A stretch of DNA of 41,427 bases from Candidatus Nomurabacteria bacterium RIFCSPLOWO2_01_FULL_46_18 (GCA_001786015.1 MFVH01000001.1:1-41427), one strand, 5' to 3'; shown: positions 25,969 to 34,893, counted from the first letter of the stretch. Program-made: numbers and translations. Notes: generated by a model from the letters alone, not told the origin.

Positions 25969-28296
25969 TTATAAGCATGCTCCCGCCCCACAACCATCAC
26001 CCGGCGGCGGCTCTTCTCCCGTCAAATCATCTCCCGTGTCATTCGGCGGCGGCGGCGGTTCAATGATTTTTATTTCTCCCGGAATGTTTCCTTTGTAATC
26101 TATTGTGTAAGAACGGAAGATAGTATTGCAGCTTAACTTAATGTCAAAGTTGAGATCTCTTGTACCGCTTAACCTAACCTTTACTTTTGTATTCAGGAGC
26201 GGTATCTCCGGATAAGTGGGACTTTTGTTGATAAACATCTCATGTGTATACCCCCCGGCAATTGGTAGAATGCAAAACTGTTCTGCTTCCGAGCCGGTGG
26301 TGCCGATGCGGAAGCTTGACCTCCCGTCCGGATCACTCCACTCGCCCGCCGGAATATTCCAGCCATTGCTTACCCTCTCGGTCGCGCAGCGATTCACCAT
26401 TTTATTCAAGCTTGCCAATTTGTCTTTGAGCGCGTCGAGTTGCGCCTTGCTTTCCTCAAGAGTGTCCGGATTGGAAATCTGGTAGAGGATTAAGTTGTAT
26501 TGTTTTTTAATTTTAATCAGATCTTTTTCCGCTGGTGTGTCGGACGTTGGTTGAGTGGTAAAAGCGCTTAAGGCGCCAGCAATAGCCTCGAGTCGAGCGA
26601 GTGCTTGAGCCTTGAACCTTTTACTGTCGGTAATTTCTATTATCTGCTGATCAAACATTTCTGTCTCGTCAATTGCATCCAAGAACAATATCGAGCTTGG
26701 GAGCGTTTGCATAATCTTTGTTCTTACCCAGTCCTTAAAGAAGCTCGCCGCGAACTGGAGTTCTTTTAATATCAGAGTTGCCGCGGCGGATTTTTTTGAA
26801 TTTTCGTCCCCTACTTTCTCTTGGATTTTTACGCTGGCTCTACTCATTTCATCATTTAATCTCCCTTCCCATCCGTAGTTGGGGCCCGGTAGGCATAGAT
26901 CAAGTTGTCTTACCCTCGGCCAAATTGCGGAGAGCATTTGAATCGCGCCGTAGTTTGTCGAATTTGGGTTATCGAGCAGAGCAAGCTCAGCTTTGGTGTC
27001 GGTAATTCCCCTTTGCACATCATCCTTGAATTCTTGAAGTATAATTTCCTGATCCGGACCAGAGAAAATATCTCTATTTGGATTGTCGTCGGGACTCCCC
27101 AGGGTGTTGCCCAGATAGTCCCAGTTATCCTCATTTTCCGGCAGAGCGTTTCTTTTACTTGCAAGGGCATTGAGGCCACCACCTGGATTCACAAGTTTAT
27201 TTAAGAGTGCATCGAAAATCGCCGAAAGGCTTCCGCCGAGTGCGGCACCCAGTTCGGTTTGGGAAAAGTTTGAGCCCAGAGCGCGAGTAACTTGGCTCGC
27301 TGCTACATAACCTGGAGTTGTGTTTGCCCACCCACCCGTGCAGGTATTTTGATTTGTCCAGGCAACTTGGGCAATTCCTTTTCGTGAATTATATGCCGAT
27401 TGATCCAGAAAGTATTTCGGGTCAACAGTAGTTTCCTGAACATACAAACCGCTCGCGGGATCTTTTCGTGAAACTGTTGTTTTGTAGTTGTCAGCGATCG
27501 GAGGGTCTTCATCAAATTCGAAAGTAGGCGGATTGTATGGATTTTGGACTAAGCTAGGATTTGAACGGCAGACTTGCGGGGAGAGAAAACCCTGGCCTTG
27601 CTGTAATAGGTCCTGCACTTTGCCTATCTCATTATTGGGAGTTGGGCCGGCATCAATTCTTCTTGCTAGCTCCTCGTTCGCGAGCATCTGGAATCCGATG
27701 GCGTTGTTTTGCGGATACTGGGTATGCAAAAATAATCCATTCCATCCGCCGATGTTGAAATTGTTGCGGTAGTTTGAAAGATACGCTTCATCTCGTATCA
27801 CGTTGCTCAAGCTGTAAGCGGCATTGACATCAAGCTGGCGCTTATATGCGTCAATAAAATTTAGAGAGACTTGCCGGCCGTAAGGGAACCGAAGCGGGTC
27901 GCGGCCGAAAATGTCAACCAAATTTCTGATTTCAAATTTGGTAATGTCTCGGAAGAAGGAATCAGGATTTTCCAGGAAGAGCGGTTTACCGTGAAAACCG
28001 CTATTAATCCAGTTTACCGTTCCCTTAGTCAGTTCAGTCAAGGCTTTTCTTGCCACCGATTTTGCAATCTGGTTTAGCACAAACCTCAATTCGTTTTTAA
28101 CCGTAATCTTTTTTTCGTAGAGATCTACCGCTGCGGATATAGCCGTCTTAATTTCAGTAATAATATCAACGACTATATCGCCAAATCCCAAAAAGGCATG
28201 AGCTTTTTTGGGGGCAATGAATAAAGGTGAAGCTATTATGGCAATTAGAACCAATGTTGTAATAACTTTTTGAATTTTTTGGTTTTTAAAAAACAT
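25969..28296 (-). CDS. Large secreted or membrane-anchored hypothetical protein (T4SS-like cluster)
   Basis: 775 aa with N-terminal TM/signal VITTLVLIAIIASPLFIAPKKAHA. The C-terminus is Pro-rich and ends in PPPPPNDTGDDLTGEEPPPGDGCGAGACL. I recognise no family. Confidence 0.5.
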   Translation of the reverse strand: MFFKNQKIQKVITTLVLIAIIASPLFIAPKKAHAFLGFGDIVVDIITEIKTAISAAVDLYEKKITVKNELRFVLNQIAKSVARKALTELTKGTVNWINSGFHGKPLFLENPDSFFRDITKFEIRNLVDIFGRDPLRFPYGRQVSLNFIDAYKRQLDVNAAYSLSNVIRDEAYLSNYRNNFNIGGWNGLFLHTQYPQNNAIGFQMLANEELARRIDAGPTPNNEIGKVQDLLQQGQGFLSPQVCRSNPSLVQNPYNPPTFEFDEDPPIADNYKTTVSRKDPASGLYVQETTVDPKYFLDQSAYNSRKGIAQVAWTNQNTCTGGWANTTPGYVAASQVTRALGSNFSQTELGAALGGSLSAIFDALLNKLVNPGGGLNALASKRNALPENEDNWDYLGNTLGSPDDNPNRDIFSGPDQEIILQEFKDDVQRGITDTKAELALLDNPNSTNYGAIQMLSAIWPRVRQLDLCLPGPNYGWEGRLNDEMSRASVKIQEKVGDENSKKSAAATLILKELQFAASFFKDWVRTKIMQTLPSSILFLDAIDETEMFDQQIIEITDSKRFKAQALARLEAIAGALSAFTTQPTSDTPAEKDLIKIKKQYNLILYQISNPDTLEESKAQLDALKDKLASLNKMVNRCATERVSNGWNIPAGEWSDPDGRSSFRIGTTGSEAEQFCILPIAGGYTHEMFINKSPTYPEIPLLNTKVKVRLSGTRDLNFDIKLSCNTIFRSYTIDYKGNIPGEIKIIEPPPPPNDTGDDLTGEEPPPGDGCGAGACL

Positions 28297-28307
28297 TTCT
28301 GTTTAAA

Positions 28308-29219
28308 TTATTGAAACTTGTTCTCAATTTCCTTCAGTTCATTTATAATCGACACATCCAAAGCGTCCAGATTTTCAACATATTGATTTATCGCGCCAAT
28401 TGTCGTGATCGGGTCACTATCGAAAGCTCTTATATCGCTCAAGTTCTCCATTACTCTTTGTAGGGCGTTGGTGATATCCAAATGGAGTGTGGCGATACTC
28501 GACGGCACATTTATTTTTGTCATCCCCTCGACCATTTCTCCTAAATTTTTGATAACCGGATCAAGCTCTATCAAAATATTCGCATCCGGATCTTCTCCTT
28601 CGCTTATAAATTTTTGCAAAGTATTGGCAACCTCTTCATCGAATGGATATTTATTTTGAAAAATAATGTCTGTGTCGTCGCTGTATTTTTTATATGTCGC
28701 CAGGCTGTTGTCGTTCGTTACTTTCAGATCTGTCATTGTAAAAACTTTCCTCTGCACCGGGTTTTGGATCTGTAAAGTGAGAGAGTCGGTGATTTGTTGC
28801 ACCGTATTGTCGTCAATTTCGCCGGCTTGGTTTAGCGCCACGACAGTGGAGAAAAGTTCCCGGGCGAATTTGTCCGTCTGCGTCAAGTTTTCATCGTCGG
28901 TATAAGATATTTCCTCGCCGGATTCCGCATTTGCCATTCGCTCGGCTTTTAATTTCGCGATTTCTTCGCGGTCGGAGACGCCGTCGTCATTAGTGTCTCT
29001 TTTGGTCGGGTCGGTGCCCCACAAACCTTCCTCCCAATCTAAAATTCCATCCTTGTCCGTGTCTCGACTTAGAATATCGCTCAAAATTTCATTCCCGGAG
29101 ACGAGTCCGGCACTGGCCGTCTCCTCATTCGTCCACTGTGATTTCGTTTTTATGAAAAAAATGGAAACAAGAAAAACAACCGCAAGAGCGACTAGGATGA
29201 CTCTTTTGTTTTTTAACAA
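28308..29219 (-). CDS. Membrane-anchored protein with thrombospondin type 3-like Ca-binding repeats (first gene of the cluster, TTG start)
   Basis: 303 aa. TM segment VILVALAVVFLVSIFFI, then DTDKDGILDWEEGLWGTDPTKRDTNDDGVSDREE. Confidence 0.55.
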   Translation of the reverse strand: MLKNKRVILVALAVVFLVSIFFIKTKSQWTNEETASAGLVSGNEILSDILSRDTDKDGILDWEEGLWGTDPTKRDTNDDGVSDREEIAKLKAERMANAESGEEISYTDDENLTQTDKFARELFSTVVALNQAGEIDDNTVQQITDSLTLQIQNPVQRKVFTMTDLKVTNDNSLATYKKYSDDTDIIFQNKYPFDEEVANTLQKFISEGEDPDANILIELDPVIKNLGEMVEGMTKINVPSSIATLHLDITNALQRVMENLSDIRAFDSDPITTIGAINQYVENLDALDVSIINELKEIENKFQ

Positions 29220-29254
29220 AAATTCTTTAATTGTATGTTTATTATACCCTAGAA

Positions 29255-29278
29255 TAGGTTCTAGGTGCTAGGTTTTAG
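29255..29278. repeat. Heptamer tandem array TAGGTTC-TAGGTGC-TAGGTTT-TAG, spanning the rsmA stop codon
   Basis: Read directly from the sequence. It lies 8 nt upstream (on the minus strand) of a TATAAT (plus-strand ATTATA at 29241-29246) that precedes the first T4SS-cluster gene. Confidence 0.6.
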
Positions 29279-30063
29279 TTGCTAACCAGCCCAATCCAGT
29301 CATCGAGGGTCAGATCTTCGGCTCTTTTGTCGGAATATTTCGCCAAAACCGCATCCGGAATGACATTTTTTAAGTTGCCAGCAAGTTTTTTACGCTTATG
29401 AGCAAAGCCTTTTTTGACAATCTGCCAGAATTTTTCCTCATTTATATCATTTCTATTAAAAAACTCGCGAGAAATGTTCTTAATCGCGATAATTGCGCTG
29501 TCTACTTTCGGCTCTGGGGAAAAATATCGTCTTGGCACCCTATCGATCACCTTTGGCTCACCGTAAGCCTTGACCGAAATTGAGAGAATGCTTTCTTTAT
29601 TTACCCCGACCTTGCGTCGGGGCCCATAACCCATTATCCTTTCTGCCACTTCTTTCTGAACCAAGAGTACCATTCTCTCGGGCTGTACACTGCTAGACAA
29701 AAACTTTTTCAAAATCGCGCCAGTGATGTTGTATGGAATGTTTGAGATTAGCTTATAGGTTCTAGGTTCTAGGTTGTAGGTTTTAAAGTCAAAATTTAAG
29801 ATATCATCTTCAATTAATTTTAATTTTCCACTTTTTATTTCATTTTGAAATTTTTCTTGCAAGTACTGAACTAATTCTTTATCTTTTTCTACAGCTAAAA
29901 CCTGACAGCCAAAAGCTAAAAGCTGTTTAGTTAGCGCTCCTCTCCCCGGCCCGATCTCCAAAATAACGTCATCACTCGAAACTTGTCCCGCTTGAATTAT
30001 TTTTCGAAGCGCGTCTTTGGATTTGAGAAAATGTTGACCTAAAGATTTTCTTGGTTTCATCAT
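29275..30063 (-). CDS. rsmA: 16S rRNA (adenine1518/1519-N6)-dimethyltransferase RsmA/KsgA
   Basis: 262 aa. LGQHFL, SAM-binding VILEIGPGRGALT, and SNIPYNIT. Confidence 0.9.
   Translation of the reverse strand: MMKPRKSLGQHFLKSKDALRKIIQAGQVSSDDVILEIGPGRGALTKQLLAFGCQVLAVEKDKELVQYLQEKFQNEIKSGKLKLIEDDILNFDFKTYNLEPRTYKLISNIPYNITGAILKKFLSSSVQPERMVLLVQKEVAERIMGYGPRRKVGVNKESILSISVKAYGEPKVIDRVPRRYFSPEPKVDSAIIAIKNISREFFNRNDINEEKFWQIVKKGFAHKRKKLAGNLKNVIPDAVLAKYSDKRAEDLTLDDWIGLVSN
29756..29788. repeat. Second copy of the heptamer array (TAGGTTC TAGGTTC TAGGTTG TAGGTTT TAAAG), inside the rsmA coding sequence
   Basis: Same orientation as 29255-29278. On the minus strand it encodes FKTYNLEPRTYKL. Confidence 0.6.
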
Positions 30064-32126
30064 ATTTCAATCATTTTTATTTTTTCTCCATTTTCCATTT
30101 CCAATAAATTTTCCGGGATGTCCGAAATAAATTGAGATGGGATATTTATTCCCCGCGAACCGAAGATCGTGCGCGAATTCGCGTAGGATAAAAATAATTT
30201 TTCCTTGGCGCGAGTGAGGGCCACGTAGAAAAGCCGCCGCTCTTCTTCCTTCGGGTCGCCGAAGCTTCCAGCGTAGGCGCCTTCTCCACTTCTTGCATGT
30301 GGAAATAATCCTTCCTCCAGCCCAACCACGAAAATATATTTAAACTCGAGCCCCTTCGCCGCGTGCACTGTCATTAATTTCACCCCGTTCTTTTTCTCTT
30401 TTTTATTTTCAGTGATCATGAGAGAATCTTGATCTGATGCCAGTGCCGCGTCTTCCAGCAATTTCTCAACCCCCAAGGAGTCTCCTTGGGGGTCGTATTT
30501 GAGCGCCAAAGTCGCCAATTCCTTAATGTTTTCAAGCCTTTCTTGGTCTTCCTCATCTCCTTCCAGAAGCTCGTTTTCAATGCCGGATTTTTTAACCGTA
30601 AACTTTATTACCTCCGAAACTTTTTCTGTTTCTATTTTTTTTCTTATTTCCGCGAGCAATTTGTAAAAATTTTCAATTTTTATTTTTACGTTTGTCGACA
30701 AGGTTTCTGGTATCCTTGCCCCGCCCGTTTCAGGGCGTGGTGAAGCAAAAATTTTAATCAATGTCGCCTTGCCAATCCCCCGCCTCGGGAAATTGATAAT
30801 TCTTTTTATATCGGAGAGGCTTTCCGGATTGAGCGCGGCGCGGAGATAGGCGAGCGTGTCTTTAATTTCTTTTCTTTCGAAAAATTTTGTTCCGAGAACC
30901 TGATATGGAATATTGTATCGGAGCATCGCCTCCTCCAACGCGCGCGACTGAAAGTTCGCGCGATATAGTACTGCTATATCAGAGAAGATATTCTCTCGAA
31001 AGGCACAGATATTTTTCTGCTGAAAAATTCCTCGTGCTCGCGCCGTCGCGCTCCCAAGGCTTTTCTCAAGAACATCTTCTCTTTTCTCGGGAGGACTAAG
31101 GAGAGATAAAATTTTCGTCGCCACGAAATCCGCTTCGTCGGTTTCATCGAGTGCGCCATAGAGCGCGATCTTCTCCCCCGCCTCTTTTCTGGTGAATAAA
31201 TTTTTCTCCGGCCGGAATTTATTTTTTTTGATCACCACATTGGCGGCGTCCAGAATATTCCCGCTCGAGCGGTAATTCTCTTCGAGCAAAATTATTTTCG
31301 CCTCCGGATAATCTTTCTCGAAGCTCAAAATATTTTTCAGGTTCGCTCCACGCCAGGAATAAATGTTCTGGTCAGCGTCGCCAACCACGCAAATATTCTT
31401 CCCCTCTCCGGTGAGGAGTCGCGACATTAAATATTGCACTTCGTTGGTGTCCTGATATTCGTCAATGTGGACGTAGTGCCATTTCTCCCTGTAAAAATTT
31501 CTGATTCTTTCTTTTTCCTTGAGAAGTTTTACCGATTTTAGAAGTAAGTCGTCGAAATCCAGTGAATTTTCTCGAGCTTTTTTCCTCTCATAAATGGGCC
31601 AGACTTGGGCCACGATTCTCGCAATCTGGCCCCCTCCATAAGTGTTTAATCGCTCTCGATAGCCCTCCGCGTCGGTAAATTTCCCCTTTTCCCAGCTGAT
31701 TATATTTCTTACCTTCCTTGGATCGGTTTCAATGTCCAGTTCTTTTAGGATTTCTTTTATAAAAGAGGAAGAATCGTTCTCATCCAGGATCGCAAAATGC
31801 CGGTTGAGGCCCAGGGCCCCCGCGTTTTCTTTGATAATGTGTACCCCGAGCGAATGAAAAGTGCTGACAAACGGAATAGTATTTTGTCCTTGGGCGTTTT
31901 TCCCAATTTCCGCGACAATCCGGTCGCGCATTTCCTTGGCCGCTTTATTGGTGAAAGTAACAGCCAAAATTTTATCCGGCTCTACTCCTTCTTTGATCAA
32001 ATTCACTATCCGGTGGGTTATCGTTTTGGTCTTCCCCGCCCCCGCCCCGGCGATAATAAGAAGCGGCCCCTCCTTATGAACCGCCGCCTCTTTTTGCTTA
32101 TCATTTAAGTCTTCTAAATGTTTCAC
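30060..32126 (-). CDS. pcrA: UvrD/PcrA-family ATP-dependent DNA helicase
   Basis: 688 aa. Motif I AGAGAGKTKT, motif II VHIDEYQDTN, TVHAAKGLEF, and YVALTRAKEKL. It overlaps the rsmA start by 4 nt. Confidence 0.9.
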   Translation of the reverse strand: MKHLEDLNDKQKEAAVHKEGPLLIIAGAGAGKTKTITHRIVNLIKEGVEPDKILAVTFTNKAAKEMRDRIVAEIGKNAQGQNTIPFVSTFHSLGVHIIKENAGALGLNRHFAILDENDSSSFIKEILKELDIETDPRKVRNIISWEKGKFTDAEGYRERLNTYGGGQIARIVAQVWPIYERKKARENSLDFDDLLLKSVKLLKEKERIRNFYREKWHYVHIDEYQDTNEVQYLMSRLLTGEGKNICVVGDADQNIYSWRGANLKNILSFEKDYPEAKIILLEENYRSSGNILDAANVVIKKNKFRPEKNLFTRKEAGEKIALYGALDETDEADFVATKILSLLSPPEKREDVLEKSLGSATARARGIFQQKNICAFRENIFSDIAVLYRANFQSRALEEAMLRYNIPYQVLGTKFFERKEIKDTLAYLRAALNPESLSDIKRIINFPRRGIGKATLIKIFASPRPETGGARIPETLSTNVKIKIENFYKLLAEIRKKIETEKVSEVIKFTVKKSGIENELLEGDEEDQERLENIKELATLALKYDPQGDSLGVEKLLEDAALASDQDSLMITENKKEKKNGVKLMTVHAAKGLEFKYIFVVGLEEGLFPHARSGEGAYAGSFGDPKEEERRLFYVALTRAKEKLFLSYANSRTIFGSRGINIPSQFISDIPENLLEMENGEKIKMIEI

Positions 32127-32470
32127 TCAGCCACTATAACACAATATATTTAGTAATAACCTCGTTAATTCCCCACTAAATTCTTTTCCACACCCCGATT
32201 GACTTAAGGACGGTTTTGGGCTACCCTGGGAGGAATACTGGATAGGAGTACGGAATGAAATGACTGAGCGACAGAATGATTGTAACCATCGTGAGAGCCT
32301 TATATTTACAGTACAATTTGGTCGTCCTGTAATTCTAAGCCCCCGCCAGAGGCGGGTAAATAAAAAGGGCTTAATGGGAACTCTCGTGATACCGTTTTTG
32401 TCTTATAAAACCTCCAAGTAAAATAAGCAAAATACTCTCTTTCTTTCTGGCTTTTTCCCTTTCTTTTGGG

Positions 32471-33481
32471 GTGGCTATGCCCGTTTTTGCCGGTATTCTT
32501 TCTTTTCTTGGCAATCAGGTTGCGGCGAACAATCCGGAGACCATTTATGGAGTCATGGAGGACACCAATTCCCAAACAATGGCCTTACTGGAGGCCGGTT
32601 TTTCTGCCGATTCAGTCTTTGGGGGCGGAAAAAGTGAAAAAAATGAGGCCAAAATCGATGAAAATGTGGACGCGCATATCTCTGGGAACGCTCTTCTGCC
32701 GCAAACGACTTCAACGGCGAGCACCGGAAGCGCCGTCGGAGGAGCCCTATCCTTTGATGATGTGAGTGTTTATGTAGTTCGTGCCGGGGACACCGTAGGA
32801 CAAATTGCGGAGATGTTTGATGTTTCCACGGATACAATTCTCTCTGCCAATGACCTCCCGAAGGGAGCCAAGCTCAAGGTGGGAGACATCCTCCTGGTTC
32901 TTCCCTTCTCCGGAGTGGAACATACGGTAAAAAATGGAGAGACGCTTCAAGGTATTGCTAATTTGTACAAAGTGGGTATCGACGACATCCTTCTTTCAAA
33001 CGACATTGAGTCGGGCGCCAAACTCACAATCGGAGAGAAACTTATGATCCCGGGCGCAAATATTCCGAATGCCCCAAAAAAGGTGAGTACGGGCGTTGCC
33101 TGGGGGGGAACTTCACAAACAGCCCTCAAAGACGCAAGCGGGTATTTTATCAACCCTCTTCCCGGGGCAAGAAGAATGCGCGGGATTACCGCTACGCATC
33201 GCGGGGTTGACCTTGCCAAGCCCACCGGCACTCCGATCTATGCCGCCGCGGCTGGGGTGGTAACGTTCGCAAGGGGTGGCTGGAATGGCGGATATGGAGT
33301 TCTTACCATCGTCTCGCATTCTAATGGAACTCAAACTTTGTACGCGCATCAATCGAGGTTGAGTACCTCGGTCGGCGCGCAAGTCTCTCAGGGCGAAACT
33401 ATTGGCTATGTCGGTTCCACTGGCCGCTCGACTGGGCCGCATCTACACTTTGAAGTTAAAGGAGCCAAAAATCCTTTCTAG
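32471..33481 (+). CDS. LysM-domain M23 family peptidoglycan endopeptidase (GTG start)
   Basis: 336 aa. Two LysM repeats (YVVRAGDTVGQIAEMF..., HTVKNGETLQGIANLY...). M23 motifs are HRGVDLA and GSTGRSTGPHLHFEV. Confidence 0.9.
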   Translation: MAMPVFAGILSFLGNQVAANNPETIYGVMEDTNSQTMALLEAGFSADSVFGGGKSEKNEAKIDENVDAHISGNALLPQTTSTASTGSAVGGALSFDDVSVYVVRAGDTVGQIAEMFDVSTDTILSANDLPKGAKLKVGDILLVLPFSGVEHTVKNGETLQGIANLYKVGIDDILLSNDIESGAKLTIGEKLMIPGANIPNAPKKVSTGVAWGGTSQTALKDASGYFINPLPGARRMRGITATHRGVDLAKPTGTPIYAAAAGVVTFARGGWNGGYGVLTIVSHSNGTQTLYAHQSRLSTSVGAQVSQGETIGYVGSTGRSTGPHLHFEVKGAKNPF

Positions 33482-34222
33482 TTACTCAAGGAGAGTAAGC
33501 GCAAGCATCGCTAAAATTCCCGCCATCACCGCGACTAGTTGCAGGATGGAATATTTCACTTCCTTGGTTTTGTGAAGCTCTGGAATTAAATCGCTTGTGG
33601 CAATATAGATGAAACCCCCGGCGGCAACTGGCAAAACCCAGGAGGTGAATTCCCCGCCTCTCTCGCCGAGAAGAAAAGCGAAGAGGGTTCCCAAGATTGC
33701 GGCCAGGGCGGAAAGGAAGTTTAAGTAAAGGGCGCGTTTTTTTGTGTAGCCGGCATGGAGGAGCACCGCGAAGTCCCCTATTTCCTGTGGAATTTCGTGG
33801 AGAATTACAGCGAGCGTTGTGGCAAAGCCGAGAGGCACGCTCGCCATATAGCTTACCCCGATGATTACTCCGTCGATGAAGTTGTGTACCCCATCGGAAA
33901 ATAAAACCAGTTTTCCAACCGGATGAATATGATGTTCTTCTATGTCATCAGTATGGTGGTGCCAGTGCAGAAATTTTTCTAAGATAAAAAAAATAAGAAT
34001 GCCCAAGATTACAAATAATCCCGCAAAAGGTATCCCCTCTTCGAACGCTTCCGGGATTAAGTGAATGAAAACGTCGCCCAAGAGCGCTCCGACCGCCAAG
34101 CTCACGAAAATAAAAATATATTTGCGAATCCGCTCCTCTCTCAAAGAGAGAGAAAAAACCCCAACCAAAGAAATTAAACTTACCAGAATTACACTTAAGA
34201 ATGCATAAAAATAAATTGTCAT
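33482..34222 (-). CDS. ZIP-family divalent metal transporter (ZupT-like)
   Basis: 246 aa and polytopic, with HNFIDGV and HEIPQEIGDF motifs. Confidence 0.85.
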   Translation of the reverse strand: MTIYFYAFLSVILVSLISLVGVFSLSLREERIRKYIFIFVSLAVGALLGDVFIHLIPEAFEEGIPFAGLFVILGILIFFILEKFLHWHHHTDDIEEHHIHPVGKLVLFSDGVHNFIDGVIIGVSYMASVPLGFATTLAVILHEIPQEIGDFAVLLHAGYTKKRALYLNFLSALAAILGTLFAFLLGERGGEFTSWVLPVAAGGFIYIATSDLIPELHKTKEVKYSILQLVAVMAGILAMLALTLLE

Positions 34223-34223
34223 G

Positions 34224-34294
34224 TGCGGGATAGGCGAATCGAACGCCTGCCAAGAGATTGGAAATCTCTTGTTCTGCCACTAAACTAATCCCGC
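34224..34294 (-). tRNA. tRNA-Gly (anticodon UCC), no encoded CCA
   Basis: Minus strand: GCGGGAT-TA-GTTT-AGTGGCA-GAAC-A-AGAGA-TTTCCAA-TCTCT-TGGC-AGGCG-TTCGATT-CGCCT-ATCCCGC-A. All four stems pair. Confidence 0.9.
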
Positions 34295-34389
34295 AGCGCC
34301 CTTCGTAGCTTTACTGTGTCCTTCCGTAGCCTTTGACGTAGGAGGAGCGAAGAAGGGCCTTCGTCAGATTTATATCTCAAATTCGAGAA

Positions 34390-34893
34390 TTACTCAACAA
34401 CAACTTTCCCAAACAAAGTCGGGTGCAAGTGATCGTGGTATCCCCAAGTGCCAGTTTTCTCGAAGACAAATGACCAAGATCCTCCTGGTGGAGCGCCGGC
34501 GCAAGCATCAAATGCCGTTCCAAGCGGATCCGGACAATGTTCGGAAAGCGATGTTCCACTGTAGAGCGTATGCGTCGGATGCATGCCGGAGGCGACCCAC
34601 ATATTTTCGGCGCTCCCATTTTTGAAAGTTACTGTTTCTCCGATGCTTATATTTAATTCTCCCGGAGAAAAGCCTGCGCTGGAGTAAGTAATTATCTTTT
34701 CGTTCACCACCACCATCTCCTCGACGCCTTCTTCTCCGATAACAGGCATTTCCGAAGAAACGGGCTCTGTCGCCTCTTCTTCAGGTATATTAATCCCATC
34801 CGTCGGCGCGGTGGCTTCCGGACCCTTCAGTAAAAAGTATCCTCCAATCACGATGATTCCCAGAATTATAATTATGATTGCTGTTTTATTCAT
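34390..34893 (-). CDS. Membrane-anchored cupredoxin-like domain protein, without the canonical Cys copper ligand in the C-terminal loop
   Basis: 167 aa. TM segment, then a beta-rich domain ending GTWGYHDHLHPTLFGKVVVE. One Cys pair (EHCPDP...DACAG). Confidence 0.5.
   Translation of the reverse strand: MNKTAIIIIILGIIVIGGYFLLKGPEATAPTDGINIPEEEATEPVSSEMPVIGEEGVEEMVVVNEKIITYSSAGFSPGELNISIGETVTFKNGSAENMWVASGMHPTHTLYSGTSLSEHCPDPLGTAFDACAGAPPGGSWSFVFEKTGTWGYHDHLHPTLFGKVVVE

Noticed and set aside
31054-31063. CCAAGGCTTT within a likely insertion in pcrA (protein segment ...EKSLGSATARARG...), a possible decayed third in-frame copy of the 34-nt GC-rich repeat.
   Set aside because: Only about 10 nt of contiguous identity, which is too short to distinguish from chance without a genome-wide repeat model.
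32228-32292. Strings resembling RNase P RNA P4-region sequences: GGGAGGAATACTGG versus GAGGAAAGUCCGG, and ATGAAATGACTG...GACAGAATG versus AUGAAUGACUG...ACAGAAC.
   Set aside because: The two P4-like strands are only about 45 nt apart, with no room for the specificity domain, and they do not base-pair with each other. I treat the region only as a candidate cis-regulatory leader.
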